A stretch of DNA of 32,818 bases, taken from positions 1 through 32,818 of the forward strand of contig CAYQNM010000003.1 of NCBI GenBank assembly GCA_964419015.1, given 5' to 3'. The notes under the pieces are model-generated. The model made no database searches and was not told the DNA's origin. It was given only the letters and a program-made list of their open reading frames with translations. A program made the position numbers and the translations under genes. The DNA comes from an uncultured Candidatus Saccharibacteria bacterium. GTDB lineage: Bacteria; Patescibacteriota; Minisyncoccia; 2-02-FULL-40-12; GWA2-44-9. Shown here piece by piece: positions 24,105 to 31,538 of the stretch; the first letter of the stretch is position 1; the number at the start of each line of letters is the position of its first letter.

Positions 24105-24584
24105 CTACGATTGCATGCCTCGGAACGGAGAGCCGGGTACTCCGCCGGAAAACACAAGACCAAGCACCGCCAGGATTGCCGCCAACCCGTAGATCCTCCT
24201 GGTTGCCTCCGGACTGAAACGATCCCAGGCATAGACATCAGAAGGAGTAAAACGATCGTAGCCGGTAAAAAACCTGATTACCGGCTCTGCGACGGCTGGT
24301 GAAAAGTTCAAAGCGATCTGACGATCATGAGAGTCGTCGGTGGCAGATAACGGAGCGGGCGCGACGGAAACCGATTCTTGGGCCTGGGGAGCATCGGAAG
24401 GAACAGTCTCCGATCCTTCCGAAGCAGATGCCGCAGGGGCCACAACCGCACCCGCCGGCATAGAAAGAGGCGCGGGAGCTTCGCTTTTATCTTTAGCAAG
24501 CGCTTCAAACGGCGCAAGAGCCACGCTCAAAGCCAGCACTCCGGCCCCCAACAATATTCGCGTTGATAGAAAAATGTTGGTCAT
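24105..24584 (-). CDS. Hypothetical secreted Ala/Pro/Ser-rich protein with a C-terminal TM segment; first gene of the GH8-GT2-GT-C cluster
   Basis: ORF 24105..24743 trimmed to MTNIFLSTRILLGAGVLALSVALAPFEALA (signal peptide) at 24584. Its stop is 24 nt before the GH8 start. Confidence 0.5.
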   Translation of the reverse strand: MTNIFLSTRILLGAGVLALSVALAPFEALAKDKSEAPAPLSMPAGAVVAPAASASEGSETVPSDAPQAQESVSVAPAPLSATDDSHDRQIALNFSPAVAEPVIRFFTGYDRFTPSDVYAWDRFSPEATRRIYGLAAILAVLGLVFSGGVPGSPFRGMQS

Positions 24585-24674
24585 CGGGATGCGCGACAGG
24601 ACTTCGCTCAAACAAGGCGCCACATCGTGCGCACTTCCACCAACAGTGCGGATTATGGGCACAGTCAATGAAGT

Positions 24675-24719
24675 GCGCATGAAAGACGGCACCCTTGAGG
24701 GGTGCCGTCTTTCATGCGC
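24675..24719 (-). terminator. Intrinsic terminator after the small Rho_N-like gene
   Basis: GCGCATGAAAGACGGCACCC-(5 nt)-GGGTGCCGTCTTTCATGCGC, 20-bp arms. On the minus strand the GC-rich upper stem is followed by TCTTTCAT. It lies 24 nt after the stop at 24743. Confidence 0.65.
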
Positions 24720-24742
24720 TGATACTCGAATCGAGATGAACA

Positions 24743-24874
24743 CTATCCTTCGGCGTTGTTGAGCGCGGTAATCAACTCCTCGCGGCTCATGCTATCGTTG
24801 ACCTCGATACCCATCTCCCGCGCCCTGCGCTTGAGGTCTTCGTTCGACATTTGACCAAGCTCTTGGTTCGGCAT
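24743..24874 (-). CDS. 43-aa protein with a Rho_N/HeH-like helix-extended-helix motif (below the ORF-track cutoff)
   Basis: My translation is MPNQELGQMSNEDLKRRAREMGIEVNDSMSREELITALNNAEG*. The pattern L..RA.E.GI....MSREELI..L resembles the Rho N-terminal/SAP-like motif. There is an upstream in-frame stop and a terminator downstream. Confidence 0.55.
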   Translation of the reverse strand: MPNQELGQMSNEDLKRRAREMGIEVNDSMSREELITALNNAEG

Positions 24875-25029
24875 AATACGCTTATCCGGATCCCACCAGC
24901 ACGGCGGAGCGCCACCGCTCTCCGCACGGGCACCGATGGCGATCCTTCTGGGTTAGACTGCCACGCGCCCGATCGTAATGAGAAAACATGAAACCGCCGT
25001 GAGGAGTGGCGGGGCAACCACCCGGAGCA

Positions 25030-27147
25030 TTAATTCAGATCCAGTGGCAGGCGGACAGTGAATGTTGCACCATCCCCGACGCGGCTTTCAACAGCGATGC
25101 TTCCACCGTGCCGCTCGACAATCTGTTTGCAAATCGCCAAGCCCAGTCCGATCCCTTCTTGAACATCGGCACGATAAAACCGGTCGAAAATCCGCGGGAT
25201 GTCCTCAGATGCGATGCCTTCGCCGGTGTCCTTGACGGTGACCCAAGCATCGTCGCCGGAACTGCCAGTTTCCAAAGTAACCGTTCCTCCCGGCGGTGTG
25301 TGTTTGAACGCGTTGCTGATCAGGTTCAAAAACAACTGACGCAGGCGGTTCTTGTTGCCAGAGATGGGCAACGGTCTCGGGCTGATGATACATGACAATT
25401 GGACCTGGGCATGCTGGGCGAGTACCAGACAGTCTTCGGAGACCTCTCGAACCAGCACATCCAGGAAAAGCGGCTCCTTGGGAAACGTCTTTTCGCCCAA
25501 ATCAACGCGCGCCAACTGCAGAAGATGGGTAATAAGCTTGGACATACGGTCAAGCGTCTGCTGGACAATATGAAGCGTCTGCTCGCTTTTGTGGCCCTGG
25601 GCAAGATCCTTTTCCAAAAGCTCCGTGTTTCCCTTGAGAATCGCCAGCGGAGTCTGCAGCTCGTGGGTAATATCGGTCAAGAACTTCGACTGGTTTTCGT
25701 ACAACTGCCGAATCTCGCCCATGCGCTCCTTGACCTTTGCTTCCAAGTCCTTATTGTGCCGCTTGACCTCTTCGTACAAACGCGCATTTTCCAAAGCCAC
25801 ACCGATCTGGCGGGAAAGAATATGGAGCAGGTCGATATCTTTTTGCACGAAAGGGTCTCCGGAAAGCTTCTTCCCCAAGAGCAAGACGGCATTGACGCGA
25901 TCCCGACAAAACAGGGGCACGATGATAGCGATGTCCAAGTCCCGGCAGACGGTCACAAGCCGCTGGCGAACTGGGAAATCCGATTCTTCTCCGGCAAGCG
26001 TTTCGCACACGATGACGTCCCGCCCGATCGACGGAGATATTTCCTTGAGAAGACGGAGGCTGTCTTCTTTCGTCGGATCACCGGCAGATATCCCATGGAT
26101 TGGCATAAAATGTCCGTCCGGGTTTTCCAGCAGAAAAACCGTCCGACTCGTTTTCAGCGTTTTCCGCAGGAGCTCATCCAGCGAAGCTGTCATGGCGTAT
26201 AAGTCGATGGTCGAACGCAACACTTCGCCGGCGGTACGGAGCGTCTGATGATAATCGTATTCTCCTTTAAAGAACAACGGATCAGTAACGCGCTGGAAGA
26301 ACTTTTTGAACGCGGGAAATCCAAGCACGACAATAAGCGCCGCAATGACTCCTCCCGCCAGCGAGGTGTGATACGTTGCGCGGGAATACTCGATATCGAG
26401 GGCGAAAATCAGGAAAAAATAAAGCGCCGTCGTGATGCTGATCGTGACAGCATACAGCAATCCCCGCTGGATCACGACGCGAATGTCCATGAGCTGATGT
26501 CGAACAATCGCATAGGCGGTCGCTCCGACAAAAACAATCGAGGCCGCGGGGCCGAGGAGATTCGCACCAAACACGCCTAAGGCGGGCATGAGCACATCGG
26601 AAACGAAAGCGACCGCCATGAAAATAAGCGCCCCGAAAAATAAATATCTCATCTGCAGACGCGCCAGACCCTTGCTCCTGCGGTAATGCCAGATAAGCAA
26701 AGAAAAACTCGCGAGAAGATACCCGCCGATAACGACGACGTACAACGGAAACAACGGGCCATTTGTCGGATAGAGCTTGCCGCCAACGACCTGGGTTGAT
26801 GTGATGAAAACACCAAAGGGAATCAGCGCGGCGATTATCAAAAACGGCGTACAAGAAAACCAAAACGCCCGCCCCGGCGGGGCACCCTCGGGAAAGACCT
26901 TAGCAAACGCGAACAGTCCGAACACCATCAAAGTTCCCCCATAAAAAATGACCTTATCGAACAGGAAAAAAGCGCTCGATGACAACAACGCTATGCCGGA
27001 AGCCCAAATTGCGGCCCCTAGGACGAAAAGAAAAAAGGCGCGGTTCACATTCGCCCGAGGATTGCGCCAGAGCACATACGAAGCGATCAGCACATCCAAG
27101 GGCGCGACAGCAAAGAGCAAAAGTTGAAGAAAAAGAGTGTGATTCAT
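25030..27147 (-). CDS. Sensor histidine kinase: N-terminal multi-TM (7TM-type) region, GAF domain, HisKA, HATPase_c
   Basis: About 7-8 TM segments. The GAF-like block runs ..RTVFLLENPDG...AIIVPLFCRDRVNAVLLLG.. Other motifs: H-box FLTDITHELQTPLAIL, N-box LISNAFKHTPPGG, DTGEGI, GLGLAICKQIVERHGG. Start at the ATG at 27147 (MNHTLF). Confidence 0.85.
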   Translation of the reverse strand: MNHTLFLQLLLFAVAPLDVLIASYVLWRNPRANVNRAFFLFVLGAAIWASGIALLSSSAFFLFDKVIFYGGTLMVFGLFAFAKVFPEGAPPGRAFWFSCTPFLIIAALIPFGVFITSTQVVGGKLYPTNGPLFPLYVVVIGGYLLASFSLLIWHYRRSKGLARLQMRYLFFGALIFMAVAFVSDVLMPALGVFGANLLGPAASIVFVGATAYAIVRHQLMDIRVVIQRGLLYAVTISITTALYFFLIFALDIEYSRATYHTSLAGGVIAALIVVLGFPAFKKFFQRVTDPLFFKGEYDYHQTLRTAGEVLRSTIDLYAMTASLDELLRKTLKTSRTVFLLENPDGHFMPIHGISAGDPTKEDSLRLLKEISPSIGRDVIVCETLAGEESDFPVRQRLVTVCRDLDIAIIVPLFCRDRVNAVLLLGKKLSGDPFVQKDIDLLHILSRQIGVALENARLYEEVKRHNKDLEAKVKERMGEIRQLYENQSKFLTDITHELQTPLAILKGNTELLEKDLAQGHKSEQTLHIVQQTLDRMSKLITHLLQLARVDLGEKTFPKEPLFLDVLVREVSEDCLVLAQHAQVQLSCIISPRPLPISGNKNRLRQLFLNLISNAFKHTPPGGTVTLETGSSGDDAWVTVKDTGEGIASEDIPRIFDRFYRADVQEGIGLGLAICKQIVERHGGSIAVESRVGDGATFTVRLPLDLN

Positions 27148-27154
27148 CGAGCCC

Positions 27155-27163
27155 AGTATAACA
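27155..27163 (-). promoter_or_regulatory. Extended -10 TGtTATACT 7 nt upstream of the kinase ATG (leaderless-type)
   Basis: The minus strand reads TTTTTGTTATACTGGGCTCG-ATG. Confidence 0.4.
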
Positions 27164-27190
27164 AAAAGTCCCGGCAAGTGCGACCGGGAC
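27156..27190 (-). terminator. Terminator between the GNAT-like gene and the kinase
   Basis: Minus strand: GTCCCGG-(9 nt)-CCGGGAC followed by TTTTTGTTATAC. It starts 4 nt after the stop at 27194. Confidence 0.55.
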
Positions 27191-27193
27191 CCG

Positions 27194-27799
27194 TCATGTC
27201 GTTATTTCGATACTGATTAGTCCGCTTCCCAGCGGCCCGGCAATCCGGGCCAAGACGGCGGCGCGGATTTGTTCAAGCCGCATCAGGCATAGCGTTGGCC
27301 TGGGTTCATCAAGGTAATACGGACGATCGTCCGTGGCAATCCGGTCTTCGCGCAGAATAGCTTCCGACACTGAATGAAGAAGAATGCCAAGGCCGGCAAG
27401 GCGGTCGGCTGCCGGTTGTTTCACAACACACCAGCCGTATGTCTTTCCCAGCGCCAGCGCGTGCACCGTAGCGGCATAGATCAGCGCTTCGGAGACAAAC
27501 TGCCCGCGGGCGATCCATCGCTCGTACTGTACGCCGTCGCGGCGGGCAGGGACGGCCATCCCCTGGATATCAAAAGCATGCTCGAAGGAAAACGGGCGGT
27601 GCTCATCGGCGAAACCTAGCGCCATGGTTCCTACGATGGCCGAATTCCGATATGCCGCAAAAACAATTTGCGGTGGCCCCGGTTCTGTGCCAAAGATAGC
27701 GCGGAATCTACGGCCAATAAAATCGACTGCTTCGCGTAAACGCTCGTCCTTGCGAAGCAGCCTGACTGACAAGGGTGCCGGTTTTTCACGCGGAGCCAT
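27194..27799 (-). CDS. GNAT-related acyltransferase-fold protein (thermostable-hemolysin / N-acyl amino acid synthase-like)
   Basis: The block pattern V.FI...F...F......I..A......IVGTMALGF....PF..E..., then WCVVKQPAADRLAGLGI.L......A.........YY...P resembles the T_hemolysin-type family by eye. It starts 3 nt after the ThiF-like stop. Confidence 0.4.
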   Translation of the reverse strand: MAPREKPAPLSVRLLRKDERLREAVDFIGRRFRAIFGTEPGPPQIVFAAYRNSAIVGTMALGFADEHRPFSFEHAFDIQGMAVPARRDGVQYERWIARGQFVSEALIYAATVHALALGKTYGWCVVKQPAADRLAGLGILLHSVSEAILREDRIATDDRPYYLDEPRPTLCLMRLEQIRAAVLARIAGPLGSGLISIEITT

Positions 27800-27802
27800 C
27801 CC

Positions 27803-28771
27803 TTACCACCATCTTCCGGTAAACGTCTTGAACTCCCGGCGCAGCGCATTGTTGTAGACGTATCCGTAGTCCGGAGGCAACTTCCAGCCGTGATCCTCGC
27901 CGGAATTCCGAACCAAATACGCCAGGATGTTGTTCAGCAAGTATCCGGCGGCATAGGTCGGATTCGTGGCCATGATCGGAGCTTTGCCAATCCGAAGCCT
28001 CCCCATCACACGCTCCCGGATCCAAGGACTGAAGGAGGGAAATTCCGGAACCAATCCACGCAAAAGCGCTCCAATCAGATCATCGAGGACTTTTTGGCGT
28101 TCGTCCGGCGAGACCTCGGAACTTTTCAGTACGGACCGTATGCGAGCCATCTCGGGATAGGTATGCCCCAGCACCTCGGCGATGTCGGGACTTCCCACTG
28201 GTTTGAAAAGAAACAAGTGCGTTCCGGCCTCGACGCTGTTGCAATTCATGAGCGTCACGCCAAGCGCGCGGGCGCGTTGATGGAGCAGAATCCGCTCGGG
28301 CGCGAAAAACTCGACTTCGTCGCATACGATGTCGCACCCGGCAAGAAACTCATCCACCGTTTCCTCGCAAATACCCTGCGGATAGACGTCGACAAAACAG
28401 TCGTCGGTCACCGATCTGATCATGTTTGCCGTCTCAAGGGCCTTCGATTTGCCGATATTCCAGCGCGTTGCGGCCGCTTGCCGATGTACGTTGGTTGCGT
28501 CGAAAACGTCATTGTCGGCGATTTTGATTTTCTTCACACCCAGACAGACAAGCTTTTTGCCCAAATCTCCGCCCATGCCGCCGCATCCGGCAATGCCAAC
28601 GACGGCGGGCCCGATATGGTCCGCCTGTTCTCGATCAGTGAGCCAGCCGATATTGCGATCGGTGCGCTGGCGATAGTAGTTCGGATCAGGATTGCGCGGT
28701 ATGAGATGATAGACTGTCGAAGCGTCGGGTTCAGCGGGCAGTTCGTCGGCACATTCTCTTTTCAGAGCCAT
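27803..28771 (-). CDS. ThiF/MoeB/E1-superfamily adenylyltransferase-like protein with a ~130-aa C-terminal extension
   Basis: Rossmann motif VVGIAGCGGMGG followed by KIKIADNDVFDATNVHRQ (the ThiF-family D.D....N..RQ pattern) and IGKSKA. No C-terminal CxxC pairs seen. Confidence 0.7.
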   Translation of the reverse strand: MALKRECADELPAEPDASTVYHLIPRNPDPNYYRQRTDRNIGWLTDREQADHIGPAVVGIAGCGGMGGDLGKKLVCLGVKKIKIADNDVFDATNVHRQAAATRWNIGKSKALETANMIRSVTDDCFVDVYPQGICEETVDEFLAGCDIVCDEVEFFAPERILLHQRARALGVTLMNCNSVEAGTHLFLFKPVGSPDIAEVLGHTYPEMARIRSVLKSSEVSPDERQKVLDDLIGALLRGLVPEFPSFSPWIRERVMGRLRIGKAPIMATNPTYAAGYLLNNILAYLVRNSGEDHGWKLPPDYGYVYNNALRREFKTFTGRWW

Positions 28772-28800
28772 GCTTCCTCGCTTGTTAACGAGCCTGGCTC

Positions 28801-28809
28801 ATTATAGCA
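28801..28809 (-). promoter_or_regulatory. Extended -10 TGcTATAAT internal promoter for the ThiF-like/GNAT-like pair
   Basis: The minus strand reads TTTTTTTGTTGCTATAATGAG, ~30 nt upstream of the ATG at 28771. The start codon is preceded by GAGGAAG (SD-like). A small GAAA-loop hairpin plus T-run lies just upstream, after the RR gene. Confidence 0.5.
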
Positions 28810-28855
28810 ACAAAAAAATTCCCGTTTTCACGGTCTGTGGATTACTCGGCGCATT

Positions 28856-29521
28856 TTATTCCAGCTTGTAGCCAAACCCGCGTACCGTATGAAGCAGTTT
28901 GCGCTTGAAGGGCTCGTCCATCTTGGATCGCAAGAACCGCACATGGACATCAACCGTGTTCGTAAACGGATCGGCGTTGATATCCCAGACGTGCTCGAGA
29001 ATCATGTTGCGCGTCAGAGTAATGCCCGGATTCCGCATAAAATACTCAAGGAGCGCAAACTCTTTCTTATTCAACTGGATCGGCTTGCCCGCCCGGTTGA
29101 CCGTATGCGCAAGCGTATCCATCTCGATGTCGGCAACTTTCAGGGTGGTCCCGACCAACTGCTTTTCCCGACGCAGGAGCGCCCGGATGCGCGCCAGGAG
29201 TTCGTCAAACGCGAACGGCTTGCTCACATAGTCGTCCGCTCCGATGTTCAGCGCTTCGACCTTGCGATCCGTTTCCGTTTCCACGGTCAGCATGATGACG
29301 GGAGTGGTCTTGCCATCACTGCGCAAATCGCGGCAAATTTCCAAACCGTTTCTCCCCGGCAGCTGGATATCGAGAATCACAAGATCGTATTCGTTGGTCC
29401 GAGCCAAGAATAGCCCCGCAGGTCCATCTGCCGCCCAATCGACGGCAAAATGTTCGGCCTCAAGGCCGCTGGTCACAAATCGAGCTATTTCCGCTTGGTC
29501 CTCGACAATAAGAATACGCAT
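28856..29521 (-). CDS. OmpR/PhoB-family response regulator
   Basis: MRILIVEDQAEIA, DLVILDIQLP, VSKPF, and a winged-helix C-terminus (LNKKEFALLEYF...RGFGYKL). Confidence 0.9.
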   Translation of the reverse strand: MRILIVEDQAEIARFVTSGLEAEHFAVDWAADGPAGLFLARTNEYDLVILDIQLPGRNGLEICRDLRSDGKTTPVIMLTVETETDRKVEALNIGADDYVSKPFAFDELLARIRALLRREKQLVGTTLKVADIEMDTLAHTVNRAGKPIQLNKKEFALLEYFMRNPGITLTRNMILEHVWDINADPFTNTVDVHVRFLRSKMDEPFKRKLLHTVRGFGYKLE

Positions 29522-29550
29522 ACGCCAGGATTTTTGAGTAAAGTAAACCT

Positions 29551-29579
29551 ACTATAACATACAGGCGGTTTGTTAGCAA
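29551..29579 (-). promoter_or_regulatory. Promoter TTGCTA-17-TGtTATAGT of the second response regulator
   Basis: Minus strand: TTGCTA at 29579-29574, 17-nt spacer, TGT+TATAGT at 29559-29551. Confidence 0.5.
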
Positions 29580-29587
29580 GACTTCCC

Positions 29588-29616
29588 TTGCATATCGTCA
29601 AGCTTTATGCTATCGT
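29588..29616 (+). promoter_or_regulatory. Promoter TTGCAT-17-TGcTATCGT of the kinase-family gene
   Basis: TTGCAT at 29588-29593 and TGC+TATCGT at 29608-29616. It is divergent from the RR promoter. Confidence 0.4.
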
Positions 29617-29649
29617 ATTGCCTTGTCAGACCACGGAGGGAAAGGCACC

Positions 29650-30270
29650 TTGAAAAAATCTGTCTTATTGGTCGGCCGTAGCGGAAGCGGCAAAGGGAAA
29701 CAGGGGCCGCGACTGGCTCAATTTCTCGACTTTTCCTATTGGAGTAGCGGAGACGAGTTGCGAGAGCGCAACCGAAAACATCAACTCTCGCACGCGAAAG
29801 CGGGACAGCTTGATGCCGGCATGTTGCTGGAAGATCGTACCATGTTTCACCTTTTTCTGGATGTCATACAGAAGAATCCAGGAAAGCTCGCTCCTCACAA
29901 GGGTTGGATTCTTGATGGATACCCTCGCACGCGTTATCAAGCCCAGATGCTCATTCCGCTCCTGGAAGGCCTCGAGCGGGGTTCGTTGCATGCAATCGAG
30001 CTCGAAGTCTCGCGCGAGGTATGCTTGGAACGCCTAAAAGCCCGGGCCGCCGAAGAAGGACGGCTAGACGATAAGGCGGAGGCGGCCATCGCTCGGAGGC
30101 AGGACTTCTATGAGTCGGAAACGATCCACATGCTCGCGCACTTGAAGGAATTGCATAAACATATGCATGTGGTCAGAATCAGTGGGATGGGCACCCCCGA
30201 CGAAGTCGCCGCCCGCCTGCAGGAAACCGCAATGGCTATGGGTATCATGCGCCAGAAAACCGCCAGCTAA
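29650..30270 (+). CDS. Adenylate kinase-family nucleoside monophosphate kinase (short-lid type)
   Basis: P-loop LLVGRSGSGKGKQ, ILDGYPRT, RLDD. A TTG at 29650 preceded by GGAGGG (10-nt spacing) is preferred. The ORF-track start is the TTG at 29623. Confidence 0.65.
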   Translation: MKKSVLLVGRSGSGKGKQGPRLAQFLDFSYWSSGDELRERNRKHQLSHAKAGQLDAGMLLEDRTMFHLFLDVIQKNPGKLAPHKGWILDGYPRTRYQAQMLIPLLEGLERGSLHAIELEVSREVCLERLKARAAEEGRLDDKAEAAIARRQDFYESETIHMLAHLKELHKHMHVVRISGMGTPDEVAARLQETAMAMGIMRQKTAS

Positions 30271-30290
30271 CCGGCGGTTTTTTCTTTTTC
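30256..30290 (+). terminator. Rho-independent terminator
   Basis: AAAACCGCC-(8 nt)-GGCGGTTTT followed by TTCTTTTTC. The loop contains the TAA stop. Confidence 0.75.
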
Positions 30291-30297
30291 AAGCACT

Positions 30298-30906
30298 TCA
30301 GTATTCGGTGAGTTTCCCCGCTTCGATTTCAAGAGAGCCCGCACGCCGCAATCCGGACAGGATCGGCCGCGTGACAATATCGGCGTGTGCAGATGCGTCC
30401 AGCAGTTCGGGAATATCCCAGAGCTCGTCTTCAGCCGTAACCCAGGCACCGGCGCGAATCCGGGACAAATGGAACGGCCGTGAGTAGCTCCGCAGGGTTT
30501 TTGTGCCATCATCCAGAAAATACTCGTGAAAATACGATAATGCCAATTCTCCAAGCGTCCGATAGACCGGTTCGCGGTACCGAAGCACGGCGTGGTTTGT
30601 TTTGGAGATTGCGCCCCAGCGCCCGTGTCGACGAAACAGCGCCACAACATGATCGTAATCGTGTCCAGCGGCGCGTAAGTCCATAAGCATAGGCTTCTCG
30701 CCTCGAAGCCACAGCGCCGAAGCCGCAAAGAGCGCCCCTTCCATGCAGTGCGCAGTGCGATGGCGCAAAACCCGCCTCGGAGACATGCACGTTTCTCCTG
30801 TCCGTTCAAAGTTGATCGGCAGACGATCCAAAAAGTCCTGAATCCGGGCGGGAGTTTTCAGGGTACGCATAATATCCAGTTCATCCGCAGAAAAACCGAG
30901 CGTCAC
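30298..30906 (-). CDS. Transglutaminase-like (papain-fold Cys-His-Asp) protein of unknown function
   Basis: RTAHCMEGALFAASAL (Cys), DYDHVVALFR (His) and downstream Asp residues are in the order of transglutaminase-like cysteine peptidases. The GTG start at 30906 is uncertain. Confidence 0.45.
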   Translation of the reverse strand: MTLGFSADELDIMRTLKTPARIQDFLDRLPINFERTGETCMSPRRVLRHRTAHCMEGALFAASALWLRGEKPMLMDLRAAGHDYDHVVALFRRHGRWGAISKTNHAVLRYREPVYRTLGELALSYFHEYFLDDGTKTLRSYSRPFHLSRIRAGAWVTAEDELWDIPELLDASAHADIVTRPILSGLRRAGSLEIEAGKLTEY

Positions 30907-30950
30907 GGAACCATTGTATCACAAGCAATAACGGGAGCCAGACAAAAAAC

Positions 30951-31538
30951 CTACGATGGTTTTCCCGTAGGTTCTTGACTCAAAAGGCGCAGTGCCGACA
31001 TGAGCTCGGAATTCACCCGCATCTTGAACAGTTCGGCCTTATCGTCCCCCAAAAGCGCGCGCTGGCAAATCTGGATAACGGTCCAAAGAATACGCGGATC
31101 ACGTTCCCGCAACTCAATCTTTTTAGATGCTTCGAGTTCGGCGCCATGCTGTCGGAACCGCTCTTCAAATGCGGTAGCGAATTGGGTCACTGTCGCCAAC
31201 GGCCATCCTTCCAAAAAGATCTTCGACGGAATCTCCTTGTAGTGAGCCGCAAGGTACGAGAATACCTGGCCCGCTTTGTGGAATACATCCACTAGGGTTC
31301 GAAGTTCATCGATAGTAAAGAACTCACCAAATTGGAGATGGTACAGAAAGCGGCGCATGTTCGCCTCGACACATACGCAAACCTCGAACATGTCCCGGGA
31401 TTCCGGTGAGGCTTGTGGTCCCAGCACTTCGAGGCCGATCGCTAATACTTGAGCGCGATAGAGCTCCGAAAGACCAGCCAATCGTATCCGTTCTTCTTGC
31501 CATTCTTTAAAGAGCTTCCGCTGTTCCTGTTCATCCAT
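30951..31538 (-). CDS. Hypothetical helical protein
   Basis: ORF 30951..31778 trimmed to MDEQEQRKLFKEW (31538). The upstream 80 codons are Arg/Cys-rich and implausible. Confidence 0.45.
   Translation of the reverse strand: MDEQEQRKLFKEWQEERIRLAGLSELYRAQVLAIGLEVLGPQASPESRDMFEVCVCVEANMRRFLYHLQFGEFFTIDELRTLVDVFHKAGQVFSYLAAHYKEIPSKIFLEGWPLATVTQFATAFEERFRQHGAELEASKKIELRERDPRILWTVIQICQRALLGDDKAELFKMRVNSELMSALRLLSQEPTGKPS

Noticed and set aside
15151-24719. The 15151-15196 hairpin, the 24675-24719 hairpin and the 14878-14915 palindrome as members of one repeat family, since all begin with CATG and end with CATG
   Set aside because: Similarity is limited to CATGAAA / TTTCATG at the stem bases, and the stem interiors are unrelated. 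These are most simply the A-tract and U-tract of bidirectional-type terminators. The palindrome shares only the CATG ends.
25399-28807. Long plus-strand ORFs 25399..26202, 25589..26248 and 27890..28807
   Set aside because: They are antisense shadows of the histidine kinase and the ThiF-like gene, both of which carry unambiguous family motifs on the minus strand.
28772-28812. Microcin C-like system (MccB-type ThiF enzyme plus MccE-type GNAT) with a tiny precursor ORF
   Set aside because: The only mini-ORF upstream of the ThiF-like gene (ATGAGCCAGGCTCGTTAA, encoding MSQAR) starts inside the predicted -10 box. It ends in Arg rather than the Asn required for MccB chemistry. No exporter or MccD/F-like genes are present.
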